64,000 nt of DNA, from positions 1-64,000 of the IMG/VR virus record IMGVR_UViG_3300045988_102008, one strand, 5' to 3'. Below are positions 48,301 to 55,987 of this stretch, piece by piece. A program made the position numbers and the translations under genes. Positions within the stretch are counted from its first letter, which is position 1. Every line of letters begins with the position of its first letter. The notes beneath the pieces are model-generated. The model was not told where the DNA came from. It saw only the letters and a program-made list of their open reading frames with translations, and did not search any database. Source of the stretch: a virus.

Positions 48301-48729
48301 TACGGAAATACTTGACGGGACCATAGCATCCACCAACATAATATTATCACCCAGATCTTGGCTGTAGAATCCAAAGCCCGATTCTTGAATCCCATAAGGT
48401 GCATCTGATTTCGACACAAGAATAGGGTTGCTCATCTTAGAAGCCTTATCCAGCACCCTTTCTCTATAGGCTTCCGGAATAAGGTCGATATTGGATTTTA
48501 CCTTATTATAAGCCTGTTTGTTGATAGGCACATTCCTTCTCCAGTCACCAAAAGCCTTTAAGAACTTATTAGAAAATACGGTTTTAAAAACAGTAGTAGC
48601 CCGTTCCCTATTCTCCATAAGAGGAATAGATGCTATTTTATCAAACAACATAGACCTGTCCCCTGATCTGGTAGAGACAGAAACAACTTTATTTTTATTA
48701 TCTCTTTTAATAATACACGTTGATGTCAT
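42307..48729 (-). CDS. Giant protein (2140 aa), function unknown; putative virion-associated or ejected protein
   Basis: Uninterrupted 6.4-kb ORF with an ATG start. Cysteine-poor. No Walker, RNAP DxDGD or nuclease motifs recognised. Confidence 0.8.
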   Translation of the reverse strand: MTSTCIIKRDNKNKVVSVSTRSGDRSMLFDKIASIPLMENRERATTVFKTVFSNKFLKAFGDWRRNVPINKQAYNKVKSNIDLIPEAYRERVLDKASKMSNPILVSKSDAPYGIQESGFGFYSQDLGDNIMLVDAMVPSSISVPEGPGIDAGQYLQDAISSDFTPVSMVRDKGVNYMVIKDGLKIFSPEELPEADSNPVGVTYQTGEPRLFFMNDRSQLFEDYGEALRSGGNDIRIGFLSGIVQESTVDGVADITYKAGKYVLNNPKSFIPVMTASTSTSLSTKGGIINYLIKKGLLSGSKIFDPETRSYYLTGEGHAGQIRLFNSALSYTELRNHFGSDVSMNDQGMITINSLDNSKVTMRLATGGTERVSKEQIKSDLKSGRYNELDAKYDHFDALVVSFILEDNDLYADTKAKIVSDYSQEERNQRNSIVEILKTLGVSVVGMTDYIEKYQTKYGHEPSAKALADIANNVIAVGEDATLSDLVEETAHFLVEAYRDQNAVESVLQDVEGTEEWNQYAGQYYNTYGKVYEGSELDNAVRREILGKILAREMQTGTAQAPVEPTSFLGRVRQLLSGIVNWLKSALSTQRQDLNNVIKNIRDLAITDIDKGFDTSLLKDNDFTLYSLSSMNKNKFLESKIRALRKTLRDLRQISSDRAVTTSMTLAQLKTIEDKINKVETEIDKNEMAAAMNSMISTAEAQVRYLSNVVNTILHGDTKDGKLHLNTNDRKNVDIINNQVLPIMNDSRGYIRNRSTEFDEREKQDYTNRINTVIADINGIQSDIKSVQDLDESTLLDKLMNELHVPADKVKRVKEFFDKVQHDVSWISRWFGILEHSSSPFNNALGTMIAKDNYNAMVNAQPAISDFLAYAKKHGFNKSEFEKLLQKVDGKISNYLRSALDMAKYDRNKKLAQMRAFATAMNIEISEEEINDVVDNNRNYVFKREVVDKDGNTVTENAKFKPSSDRVNTDIFTIEQEKIYTEQMEKWDAENSELEFSESYATRMESIYKKAEEELGHPVSQTTKEYLNALSRQKRILRQPFIDSNGNFDEVAYYKSSNYEEEGLLRKQRKEAASEYIYVGTRRVEKTGDQLKMAKEIQAINEVWRKESNNVTNAVSESFLQKLRTIQRESGGEAALKTLMLGGHLSFNDRFWNDVESEQSARTESNNKASYLKMAHDIISSTTSDRDATDVDSIVKDIEKNKAIIKETIGNNRDVADIGEINEATFTSSERDAFRAASEAIEADYAILIDYAKMVGLEDIDKYLTKSSKAENEVNQSYLNALADSKEVEWKFVQRHTTAKKAKRIQALRDKLFKAADNRYLFTVSETNYLSEKLGISKELDGRDFRNAVNAKMASLFLNNTREEGVEEANAIVNEFARSQVFSYYKRMAPTGYAAMIDKIGRGEIDVAQMVKDVQNGTSTQDYGMDISYLSFDPARAWVAESEAENNGRNPDYVKDHGYGHRMPKKSLYRDESYFNDFGIKYDADGNEVATKNVEQWNMIQKLKEIKRQSLDLYKEQSPNLYAIPQISKQDIERMEGLGINFKNTVRNFVSDLCLDRVDDSLYGKTRQGEVYDPEDRLRSIPKYYIYELENQDDVSHDFGYSYSMLMMQSSLYNEKQKSIELAQGLEQMLLNKQFEGGKKAEATQAYQMFRDFFNDHYYGIRMNTKKLTVNIGGYTVDLTRIMMAVERFMSVMNLALSPFVAATGALTGHINLIMESAVGQYISKDSLKYASAEFSRLAPSCIAETGDIDRKSKLYVIGERMGIFNIRNRMYGAGYNRVARTLMRSPMYAFMEILNYPLDPQVMIATMDNVRYYKGRFYTFQDFKMEKERNKEQSTIKREWNALKDRTLWSMVDVVDGKVVVKPGSGVTVEEVETQMAITRNQVRSLSQICNGSLNEENRTAASRNWIARFMTAHRGWLVLAAQRLWKRRGFNFQTMQEEEGLSITLKNMIAKTFSLASESGMKNIIDAWNENKDNMNEVEKTNLKRLSVYAGTFLIVQAVSMLLAGWRDDDENEESWLTQFGSYVGFRTINEIASQMPFIMELNVVDIINDPFVMGRKLKDLTDLRNYSLDKVTSGTYKGESKLFRQLAKQTFIKQWYNIKTPEDVARAYNWWQQTNNKSMMFFIGATPDSEGDDDVSYK

Positions 48730-48774
48730 AGTAAAACATTTTTGTTATGAGACAAAGGTAGTTAAAAATCAAGC

Positions 48775-48819
48775 ATATCATAAAAAATAAAGCCACCTAA
48801 CTTCTCAGTCTGATGGCTT
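48775..48819 (-). terminator. Putative intrinsic terminator (minus strand)
   Basis: aagccacc/gatggctt imperfect stem. T-run on the minus strand (ttattttttatg). Confidence 0.4.
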
Positions 48820-48871
48820 AAAAATAATATGAAAAAAAATTATAATCTGACGAAAAATCGTCAAGTTCAGC

Positions 48872-49195
48872 TTATATGTAATGCATGTACCCATCTCGGT
48901 GTATAAACCTTCCCGATTCAAAGCGCTCAATATCTTCAGGGCAAATAGAGCCTGAATCTTCTCTCCTGGCTTCAAACCAAAGCCCCGGCTTACGAAGTCG
49001 GCAAGTTATGATATAGTTGAAGCAATTGTGCGTAAAATGGAAAACAGATCCTACAGGGAAATACCTATCAGCTTGAAATACGATTCTTTTTCGTTTAGTA
49101 TCAAACGTGATATCTCCTACTATCTTAGCCACGTAATAGCTTCTGCCATTTAACGTTTCATCTGTTTGTGGTATCCAATAATAACCTCTTGCCAT
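48872..49195 (-). CDS. Hypothetical protein (ATG at 49195)
   Basis: Internal ATG preferred over the track start. Confidence 0.45.
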   Translation of the reverse strand: MARGYYWIPQTDETLNGRSYYVAKIVGDITFDTKRKRIVFQADRYFPVGSVFHFTHNCFNYIITCRLRKPGLWFEARREDSGSICPEDIERFESGRFIHRDGYMHYI

Positions 49196-49404
49196 GCCAC
49201 AAATATATAAAAAAAATCGGACAAGATACATGTCCTACTTTATATTACTTTGATTCGTTTTCAAACCGCTTTATAAGAGAAGCAATATCATCACCACAAA
49301 TAAACATCATTCGACGTTCTTCTTTTGGTTTATGAGACACTGGGATGGTTTTGTTTATCTTAATCTGATTCGCCAGACCTCTGCCTAAACGAATATCAAC
49401 TTTT

Positions 49405-49722
49405 TTACCTTTCATGAATTATTTGTTTAAACAGACCAATTCCATCTATTATAATATGACCGCTTCGCATACGACCATTATTAGGATTATAAAGAAAATT
49501 AAAACCACTTTCTTTTTCTTGTCTTTCAAAAGAACTGATATCCTTTCCTCTACGAGCTCTTCCAAAAGCCTTCTTGAACAACTTTCCTCTGAAGGTCTTG
49601 ACAAGGTTCTTGGTAGCGTTATTACCGGCTCTTATCGTTACTTTCCTTGCCTGGTCTTCTGAGACAAAACTGCTTCGGAAAATATACGATGCTGCTGCTT
49701 GTATATCTTGTTTAGTAATCAT
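49405..49722 (-). CDS. Hypothetical basic protein
   Basis: ATG start, 105 aa. Confidence 0.5.
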   Translation of the reverse strand: MITKQDIQAAASYIFRSSFVSEDQARKVTIRAGNNATKNLVKTFRGKLFKKAFGRARRGKDISSFERQEKESGFNFLYNPNNGRMRSGHIIIDGIGLFKQIIHER

Positions 49723-50075
49723 ATGCCAAACATTCCTTTCAGAATACCGATCTCTATTCCATATATCAGTTTCGTTTCATCTTTATCATATACGTCAAAA
49801 AAGGATTCACTTGAGTCCTTTGGATTTGCGTTCAATTGAACTATGCAATTACCAGCATAAACCTTAAGCTTATAATTATCAGAATATATATCCTGCAACA
49901 TGATTTCAAATGTTGCAATTAATTGTTTAACAAGGATTACGTTAAATGAAAAAGACTCTTTGCCATCACCCTTAAATGTAATATAATCAAAATCCTTGGT
50001 ATTGTCAAATTCGTACTCTACCCGACTGTCGTCCATCATATCATAAGTGATTGACTTTTTGATTTTAAACCCCAT
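49719..50075 (-). CDS. Hypothetical protein
   Basis: ATG start. ATGA-type overlap with the next gene. Confidence 0.5.
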   Translation of the reverse strand: MGFKIKKSITYDMMDDSRVEYEFDNTKDFDYITFKGDGKESFSFNVILVKQLIATFEIMLQDIYSDNYKLKVYAGNCIVQLNANPKDSSESFFDVYDKDETKLIYGIEIGILKGMFGI

Positions 50076-50092
50076 GTTGTTTTGTTTTTTAG

Positions 50093-50398
50093 TTAATATA
50101 GATCTTCTGAATACAATTGTTCTCTAATGGCACTCCTATCTACTACCATTTCCTGATTATTGTTTCTAACAAGTTCAGATGCCTCCTCTCTTGTTAAAAA
50201 CCGATTCTTGCTTGTCAAAAATCCTTGAACACTGCGGTTTTTATGGGCTATACCGTATGCCGCAAGTTGAGATAGTATAGAGGGGTGTCTCAATCCACAG
50301 AACACGGTACCGGATGGTATATTGGTGGGCTGATAGGGACGTTTCTTGTCGTCCTGTACCCAGATGGCCGCGCATATCACGATTTCTTTATTGCACAT
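50093..50398 (-). CDS. Hypothetical protein
   Basis: ATG start, 101 aa. Confidence 0.5.
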   Translation of the reverse strand: MCNKEIVICAAIWVQDDKKRPYQPTNIPSGTVFCGLRHPSILSQLAAYGIAHKNRSVQGFLTSKNRFLTREEASELVRNNNQEMVVDRSAIREQLYSEDLY

Positions 50399-50400
50399 GA

Positions 50401-50676
50401 CTATAAATTTAATATTCCGTTTTTACCAATATGTTTCTTTTCTTCTTCAGTAGGCCATTCTTTCTTGAACTTACCATGCCACGTTCCAGGAACTACCACC
50501 ACTTCGCCTCCCTTACTATATTCAATAGCGGCACATTCAGAACAAAGAGGCTTGCCTTCATATCCCTTTAGCGACTTATCGTAAATACGATTCTTACAAG
50601 GTCTTATAAGAGCCCAGTAATATGATGTGGCTGTATTATCTATACAGCCACATTTTGAACAAACAAACAAACTCAT
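50401..50676 (-). CDS. Zinc-ribbon protein (CSKCGC...CSEC)
   Basis: ATG start. Paired CxxC motifs. Confidence 0.5.
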   Translation of the reverse strand: MSLFVCSKCGCIDNTATSYYWALIRPCKNRIYDKSLKGYEGKPLCSECAAIEYSKGGEVVVVPGTWHGKFKKEWPTEEEKKHIGKNGILNL

Positions 50677-51464
50677 CCCGCAATCTCCCAGTCATTAGAC
50701 ATAATATCATGTTCGGTTGGATTCCAATTTGATGCTACTTTTTGACCTGTATCTACCATCAATATATTTACGTCAGATTCTACAATAAACATACAGATAT
50801 ACTTTTTACCCCAATCGATTCTTTTTATCTTACGACCTAATTTAAGCTGTTCTAAAGCCTGTTCGAATGTCATGCCACGACGAGGCAGTTTGAGATACTT
50901 TTCAAGTCTGTCGGCAGCTTCATTTGGTGTATGGCCATCGTATTCGAAAGCGGTTTCTCTTTCAGGAACATCAAACAAATCCCAGTATTTGCTTTCATAG
51001 TGATTAGATACCTGACCGGTAGGTAGGATCGCCATCACAATAAACCAATCATCAGAACCGAAGCATTTTTCTCCATCGCTGTGTCTCCTTGATTTGCAAA
51101 CTTCAACCTGTCCGTTTCTGGCTAATAGATTAAAGAAGGCGGCGTTATACAACATGCGGTACCGATACAATTCATTGAAAGTATGGTATCCATCAGAGAC
51201 TTCTCCCACGTCTACAGGCTTCTTGTTTTGAATACTACCCAAAATATTCTCTATATAGAGCTGTATTTTATACATACCCATTTCGGTGTGGCCGTATTTG
51301 TTCAAGATATTATTGACATCGTATTGTATATTAAAATCTTTTTCAAATTCTACTTCAGGATGATTAGGATAGTAGTAATCTACTGATGCTTCTAACACGG
51401 ACTTTACGTGTTCCATTACCCTCGTAGCATCATCATGTTTAAAAAAAATGCTTAATTCTTTCAA
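50673..51464 (-). CDS. Two-domain protein: unknown N-domain plus a C-terminal DUF2829 (Tad2-like) domain
   Basis: C-terminus MTFEQALEQLKLGRKIKRIDW...DIMSNDWEIAG matches the DUF2829 pattern (FxEAlxxLKxGkkvxRxxW ... DWEI). The track start is TTG; the first ATG is at 51416. Confidence 0.6.
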   Translation of the reverse strand: MKELSIFFKHDDATRVMEHVKSVLEASVDYYYPNHPEVEFEKDFNIQYDVNNILNKYGHTEMGMYKIQLYIENILGSIQNKKPVDVGEVSDGYHTFNELYRYRMLYNAAFFNLLARNGQVEVCKSRRHSDGEKCFGSDDWFIVMAILPTGQVSNHYESKYWDLFDVPERETAFEYDGHTPNEAADRLEKYLKLPRRGMTFEQALEQLKLGRKIKRIDWGKKYICMFIVESDVNILMVDTGQKVASNWNPTEHDIMSNDWEIAG

Positions 51465-51607
51465 CGAATTTAATATCTTCGTTGATTGCTGATTCGAACT
51501 CTTCTTTTGTCATCACTCTAATTACATCTTTTTTAAAATCGTCTAATCCCATGATTTATTTTAAATTAGTTGTTATTATACTTTTACATTTAAGATTAAT
51601 GTTTTCA

Positions 51608-51823
51608 TTATTTTGGCAAAATATTCATATAACACGGCACATCTACTACGTCTCTTCTACGGATCCGCTTATCAAAATAAGAAACCATATAAGTATTTTT
51701 ACCTTCGTGATCAGGTCTGGGATCGAAACATTCAAAAACGAATCTTGTTCTACCTTCAAGATGACCAAACATGAAAACAAATTCGCCACCGTATCTTTTA
51801 TTAGCCAATTCTTCTACGGTCAT
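51608..51823 (-). CDS. Hypothetical small protein
   Basis: ATG start. ATGA overlap with the upstream gene. Confidence 0.45.
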   Translation of the reverse strand: MTVEELANKRYGGEFVFMFGHLEGRTRFVFECFDPRPDHEGKNTYMVSYFDKRIRRRDVVDVPCYMNILPK

Positions 51824-52047
51824 AATCTGTCCCCTCCTAATCCTGAATTGATGCTAACATACTTGACACGGACATCATTTCCACGTCCAAGCTGACCCCA
51901 GCCGGGCGATGGCGTTCCCTTAGCCGGAGCAGGGACAGCCCTAAGCCGAGACCAGTCCTGCTTTTGCCTCATGGCTTCAGCCTCTTTGTAATACCGGTTA
52001 CACAGTTCTTGATCTTCGTAACCAACGTAATCTTCCTTATTTTCCAT
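51820..52047 (-). CDS. Hypothetical small protein
   Basis: ATG start, 75 aa. Confidence 0.45.
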   Translation of the reverse strand: MENKEDYVGYEDQELCNRYYKEAEAMRQKQDWSRLRAVPAPAKGTPSPGWGQLGRGNDVRVKYVSINSGLGGDRL

Positions 52048-52107
52048 AAAAAATACTTTTTCAACAAAAGTACGACATTCACGAATTAATTAGATTTAAA
52101 ATAAAAC

Positions 52108-52152
52108 AATATGAATTAAAATAAAAACCCGATACGTTAAAATCGCATCGGG
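52108..52152 (-). terminator. Putative intrinsic terminator (minus strand)
   Basis: cccgatacg/cgcatcggg stem. Minus-strand tttttatttt follows. Confidence 0.45.
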
Positions 52153-52175
52153 CCTGGTATTGAAAAAAAATAGGT

Positions 52176-52352
52176 TCAGATCTTGGGTAAAGATTCGAGC
52201 CAATTTTTAACATCTTTATATTTAGGGTCTTTGTCTATTCTATCTTTCAGTTCATGCAATGCTGAGTCCATAACCGTATTCGGTACGCCAATCAACTCTC
52301 CTATTAAATACAATGGGGTTTTATTCGATTTAGATTCGTGTGCTATATTCAT
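52176..52352 (-). CDS. Small protein (58 aa), not in the ORF track
   Basis: ATG-initiated ORF in an otherwise non-coding 470-bp gap. Confidence 0.3.
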   Translation of the reverse strand: MNIAHESKSNKTPLYLIGELIGVPNTVMDSALHELKDRIDKDPKYKDVKNWLESLPKI

Positions 52353-52515
52353 GTCAAAAAAAAAGTTATGTGAAACAAACCGGCCACGGGTATTCTATTG
52401 CCCGCCGACCGGTATAACATTTTTATTCTTTTTTTCCAAACGGGAAAAACGGGAATGCGGGAATCATATTTTTTACTATGGCTCCCGCACCACCGGAAGG
52501 ACCTGGATCTGGATC

Positions 52516-52809
52516 TCAGGTCAGATCCTTCCAGTTTATTTTTTCGCCGAGGTAATCTTGCACGGCAAGCCATCTTATAAAGGCTACTCCTTCGGGAGCA
52601 TCCGGATCATCCAAATACATTAACGTAGCTTTCACCAACTCGTTCTCACATTTGAAGACCTTCGGAAAACCATCCGAATAGTACATTGCAAAGACATATT
52701 GGACATCGCCCCATGTCGCTTTATCCGGCTTCTTCGCTCCGCACTTTTCAAAAATATCTTTTATTTCCGGCTGCTTCCAGATCCTCTTGGATCCATCGAC
52801 GTTGACCAT
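52516..52809 (-). CDS. Hypothetical protein
   Basis: ATG start, 97 aa. Confidence 0.5.
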   Translation of the reverse strand: MVNVDGSKRIWKQPEIKDIFEKCGAKKPDKATWGDVQYVFAMYYSDGFPKVFKCENELVKATLMYLDDPDAPEGVAFIRWLAVQDYLGEKINWKDLT

Positions 52810-52902
52810 CTTCTTTACCGCCTCATCAGCAAGAGCATTAGAAAAATGGTAGCCGTAAGTATCTACATATTTCTGATAAGCTGGATCCTCTGCGTCTGCT
52901 CC

Positions 52903-53280
52903 TCAATAAGAACGACCTCTGCCACGTCCGCGACCTCTACGCATCTGAGGTCCGTCACCGTAGTATCTGTCGTCTCCATAGTAATCGGTCGGGTAGGATT
53001 CGTAACCCATCCTCCGGTATTCCCGGTCCTCCATTTCATGACGACGTTCGCGCTCTTCGAGCCTTCTTTCCCTTTCTTCCAGCTCGTTTTCGCGTTCTTC
53101 CATTTCCTTCATCTTCTCATGCATACCGTAATGATCATAAGGAGGAAGGAACCCATGTCCGTACTCCATGTACGTCCCATCAGAACGACGGCTTCTGCCT
53201 CTGCCTCCACCTCGCCTGTCTTCTATCTCATCATATCCAGGATATTCTCTGTGTCCTGAATTTAAATCATATACTATCAT
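52903..53280 (-). CDS. Low-complexity RG/RE-rich protein (RGG-box-like)
   Basis: RRGGGRGRSRR... EERERRLEERERRHE ... RRGRGRGRGRSY. ATG start. Confidence 0.5.
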   Translation of the reverse strand: MIVYDLNSGHREYPGYDEIEDRRGGGRGRSRRSDGTYMEYGHGFLPPYDHYGMHEKMKEMEERENELEERERRLEERERRHEMEDREYRRMGYESYPTDYYGDDRYYGDGPQMRRGRGRGRGRSY

Positions 53281-53287
53281 ATTATAC

Positions 53288-53776
53288 TTATTTCAAACGT
53301 TCTACAATCAACTTCTTTAAATCTTCGAATGAATCAGTAAGGTCATTCACCTTATTTTCTATACCAGCTATTTTACGATCCTGCTCTCTCGTTTGTTTGA
53401 ATGCCGGATTGATGTCTTCTAATATAGATTCACAAGCCTCTATCTTGGCACGATGGGTATCTACGCTGTCTATTATGTCTTGACTGGTGCTTTTTATAGC
53501 ATTCAGTTCGTTCATAATCGGATCTATGCTGGTAGATAATGTTATACCCATAGCCTTAGCCACATTTTGGGATTCCGGGACCGTATAGGTCTTGGTTTCG
53601 CCAGTGAGCTCTACCGTCAGATCCACCACGCGGGTCTGCATCGCCTGATACTGACCCGGCTGAGGAGGAAGATACCTGGGTTCGGATACGGCTACTACCT
53701 TTCCCAATTCGTATTTAGGTACTGTATTAGTATCAAGGGTATGTACCTGAAACCCCTTCTTCAAATCTGAAAACAT
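53288..53776 (-). CDS. Hypothetical protein (ATG at 53776; the track start is TTG)
   Basis: 162 aa. Confidence 0.55.
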   Translation of the reverse strand: MFSDLKKGFQVHTLDTNTVPKYELGKVVAVSEPRYLPPQPGQYQAMQTRVVDLTVELTGETKTYTVPESQNVAKAMGITLSTSIDPIMNELNAIKSTSQDIIDSVDTHRAKIEACESILEDINPAFKQTREQDRKIAGIENKVNDLTDSFEDLKKLIVERLK

Positions 53777-53832
53777 GATCAAAATATTATTTAGGTGAAA
53801 ATAGGGTGATGATCTCCATCACCCTACTGAAA

Positions 53833-54246
53833 TCATTTACCTGCTTTAACTTCAGACGCCTGGGCTGCCGCTACTGGAACACAGCAATCCATTAATCTTA
53901 ACACGCCACGAACTTTATTGAAGTACAGAAGGCGTTCTGTGCCATTTACCATAGCAGCACCCGTTACAGCTACGTTAATAGGGTTCACGACATTCACTCC
54001 CGTAACCGAGCAACAGGTGTCGGCTCCTACTGTTGAAACTGTGCTGTTTGCCGGGACCGCAATCTGTACCGGTAGAGCACTTCCGGCTGTGGGGACTACT
54101 TGCCTTATCTTAAGAAGGATAAGACCCTCACACGGAAGGGCGATCCAAGCCCGTGGGTTAATACCGAAGATTGTATTTGTCGTACTGACAATAACATTCT
54201 TCGTAACCATCTCATACAACGATCCTATTTTAGAAACACAAGCCAT
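53833..54246 (-). CDS. Hypothetical protein
   Basis: ATG start, 137 aa. Confidence 0.5.
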   Translation of the reverse strand: MACVSKIGSLYEMVTKNVIVSTTNTIFGINPRAWIALPCEGLILLKIRQVVPTAGSALPVQIAVPANSTVSTVGADTCCSVTGVNVVNPINVAVTGAAMVNGTERLLYFNKVRGVLRLMDCCVPVAAAQASEVKAGK

Positions 54247-54269
54247 ATTAGCCTCCTCTCTTAATAAAA

Positions 54270-55277
54270 TCAGACAGCAGCGTTGTTATTGCAACATCCG
54301 TTGTTACATCCACATCCGTTATTGCAGTAACCTCCTCCGAATACCTGTCCCCAAGAATAAGCCTGGTAAGGAGAACAAGAGGGGTAGGCTGGGACGGCCG
54401 TCGGGCGTAATTGACCAACGATATTCTGGGTTTGTTGCTGAGATAATGCCGAAGCTGTCAAAGCCGCTTTTTCTTCACGAAGTTGAGCAATAGTGTTCTG
54501 CATCTCCCTCATTTCCAACTGACAGAATTTGTCGTTGATCATAACGGTTTGAGCGTCAAGTTTCGCAGACAAGATATTGAATTGGCTTGTAGCTTGCTCA
54601 CGATTGTTAGCCAGACCTTGGTTGAGACCGTTCTGCAAGATATTGGTTTGTTCCAACGTGCGAAGCTGGTTATCAAAACCTTGCTGAGTAATCATTCCCT
54701 GAGTCTGGCAAGTGCTTTGATTGATCAACGAACTCAGATTGCAGCAGCAAGAGCTGATTTGATTTCCGATTTCACAACCTTGTTGTTGAACTGCGTTGAT
54801 AACAGCCTGAGAAGTCATACCTACCTGACCAGCTACTTTATCAATAGCACCCTGTACGTTGCAGATAGCGTTCTGAAGTTGAGTAGTAGAACAGTTCAAA
54901 GCAGAAGCGATCTGATCTATAGCGCTACGATTACCTTGAATTGCCTGCATCAGAAGCTCACGACCGTAATCGTTATTCAACTGAGCGGGTAAACCATTGG
55001 CGCAACAATCACCACCATTTCCAAAACCGTTACCGAAGCCGCGTCCACCCCACAGCCAGAACAAAACAATTATCCAGAGCCACCAACCGTTAGCCCCACC
55101 GAAACCGTCCTGGTTATTACGACCGTTCATCAAAGCCGCCACCAGATTCGGATCCATTTTATTACCACCTATCAAATTAGCAAACATGCCGGGAATCATT
55201 GAAAGAAGACCGTTAGTGGCTGCACCACCACCGTTAGCCCCGGCTCCATCTAAAAGGACGATTTTATCACCACCCAT
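54270..55277 (-). CDS. Gly/Asn/Gln/Cys-rich protein with one Trp-rich TM helix (ATG at 55277)
   Basis: GAGANGGGAATNG..., WWLWIIVLFWLWGG, GFGNGFGNGG, Q/N-rich centre, C-terminus GGGYCNNGCGCNNGCCNNN. Confidence 0.6.
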   Translation of the reverse strand: MGGDKIVLLDGAGANGGGAATNGLLSMIPGMFANLIGGNKMDPNLVAALMNGRNNQDGFGGANGWWLWIIVLFWLWGGRGFGNGFGNGGDCCANGLPAQLNNDYGRELLMQAIQGNRSAIDQIASALNCSTTQLQNAICNVQGAIDKVAGQVGMTSQAVINAVQQQGCEIGNQISSCCCNLSSLINQSTCQTQGMITQQGFDNQLRTLEQTNILQNGLNQGLANNREQATSQFNILSAKLDAQTVMINDKFCQLEMREMQNTIAQLREEKAALTASALSQQQTQNIVGQLRPTAVPAYPSCSPYQAYSWGQVFGGGYCNNGCGCNNGCCNNNAAV

Positions 55278-55610
55278 AATTTTATAGTATTTAATTGTTA
55301 AACATACGTGCATGAAGCACGTAACAAAGATCATGATTGCAGGGTGGAATACAGGTATGTTTGTTTCCTATAGAAGAGAAGTATTTTCAGCAAAAACGGA
55401 AGTATAATACACAATAATTAATTTTCCCCCATTTAAGGGGAAAACCTGATAATCATAAACTTTTGCCTTTCCCATTTTGGGTAAAGCACTGTAAAACAAA
55501 CCAGGGCCCGCATCACTGCGAACCCTGATCTACACTAATCTAAACTAATACCATGAAAAACTTAAATCTAAAAACTAAAGAACACACAAATGTATGAAAA
55601 TGTACGCTTT

Positions 55611-55808
55611 TCACAAAGAATCTGTATCCTGTTCTTTTGTGTGATTCAAGACATGGGATATAGTTCTGATACTTAATCCGGTTTGATTTTGTATCAGATT
55701 ATAAATATAGGATTTTGAAACTACAGTTCTTAATTGACCTAAATCATTCATAATGTTTTTATACATAAGATGAATGCTGTTATTACGTTTGATGGTACTG
55801 ATTCTCAT
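55611..55808 (-). CDS. Small protein with a LacI-type HTH-like segment (QTGLSIRTISHVLN)
   Basis: ATG start, 65 aa. Sits inside a 700-bp intergenic region. Confidence 0.35.
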   Translation of the reverse strand: MRISTIKRNNSIHLMYKNIMNDLGQLRTVVSKSYIYNLIQNQTGLSIRTISHVLNHTKEQDTDSL

Positions 55809-55944
55809 TTCCTACCGTTATTAGTTACGTTCTGTTCTTACCTTCCCTATTTTCTATAATCCCTTCCTGAAACTAATATTGCAAACTTAATAAAAATAAT
55901 TCATAAACAACGAAAATCTAACTTTTCTTGTATGTTATTGATAT

Positions 55945-55987
55945 ACGTGCATATATAAGAAAAGTGAGACTTTCACAAGCCTCACTT
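55945..55987 (-). terminator. Putative intrinsic terminator after the 752-aa gene
   Basis: aagtgag/ctcactt 7-bp stem. Minus-strand ttttcttatatat follows. Confidence 0.4.

Noticed and set aside
42307-48729. Virion RNA polymerase identity for the giant protein
   Set aside because: I scanned for the DxDGD metal-binding motif and other RNAP signatures and found none, so I did not make that call.
52183-52623. 146-aa + ORF in the 52-kb intergenic gap
   Set aside because: It starts with TTG, reads straight through two strong hairpins or terminators, and lies antisense to the 52516..52809 gene. It is not credible.
52699-55287. + strand ORFs 52699..53259, 53918..54493, 54483..54992 and 54997..55287
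   Set aside because: Mirror frames of the RG-rich, 137-aa and Gly/Cys-rich - strand genes. Their proline/serine-rich translations are typical antisense artefacts of GC-rich repeats.
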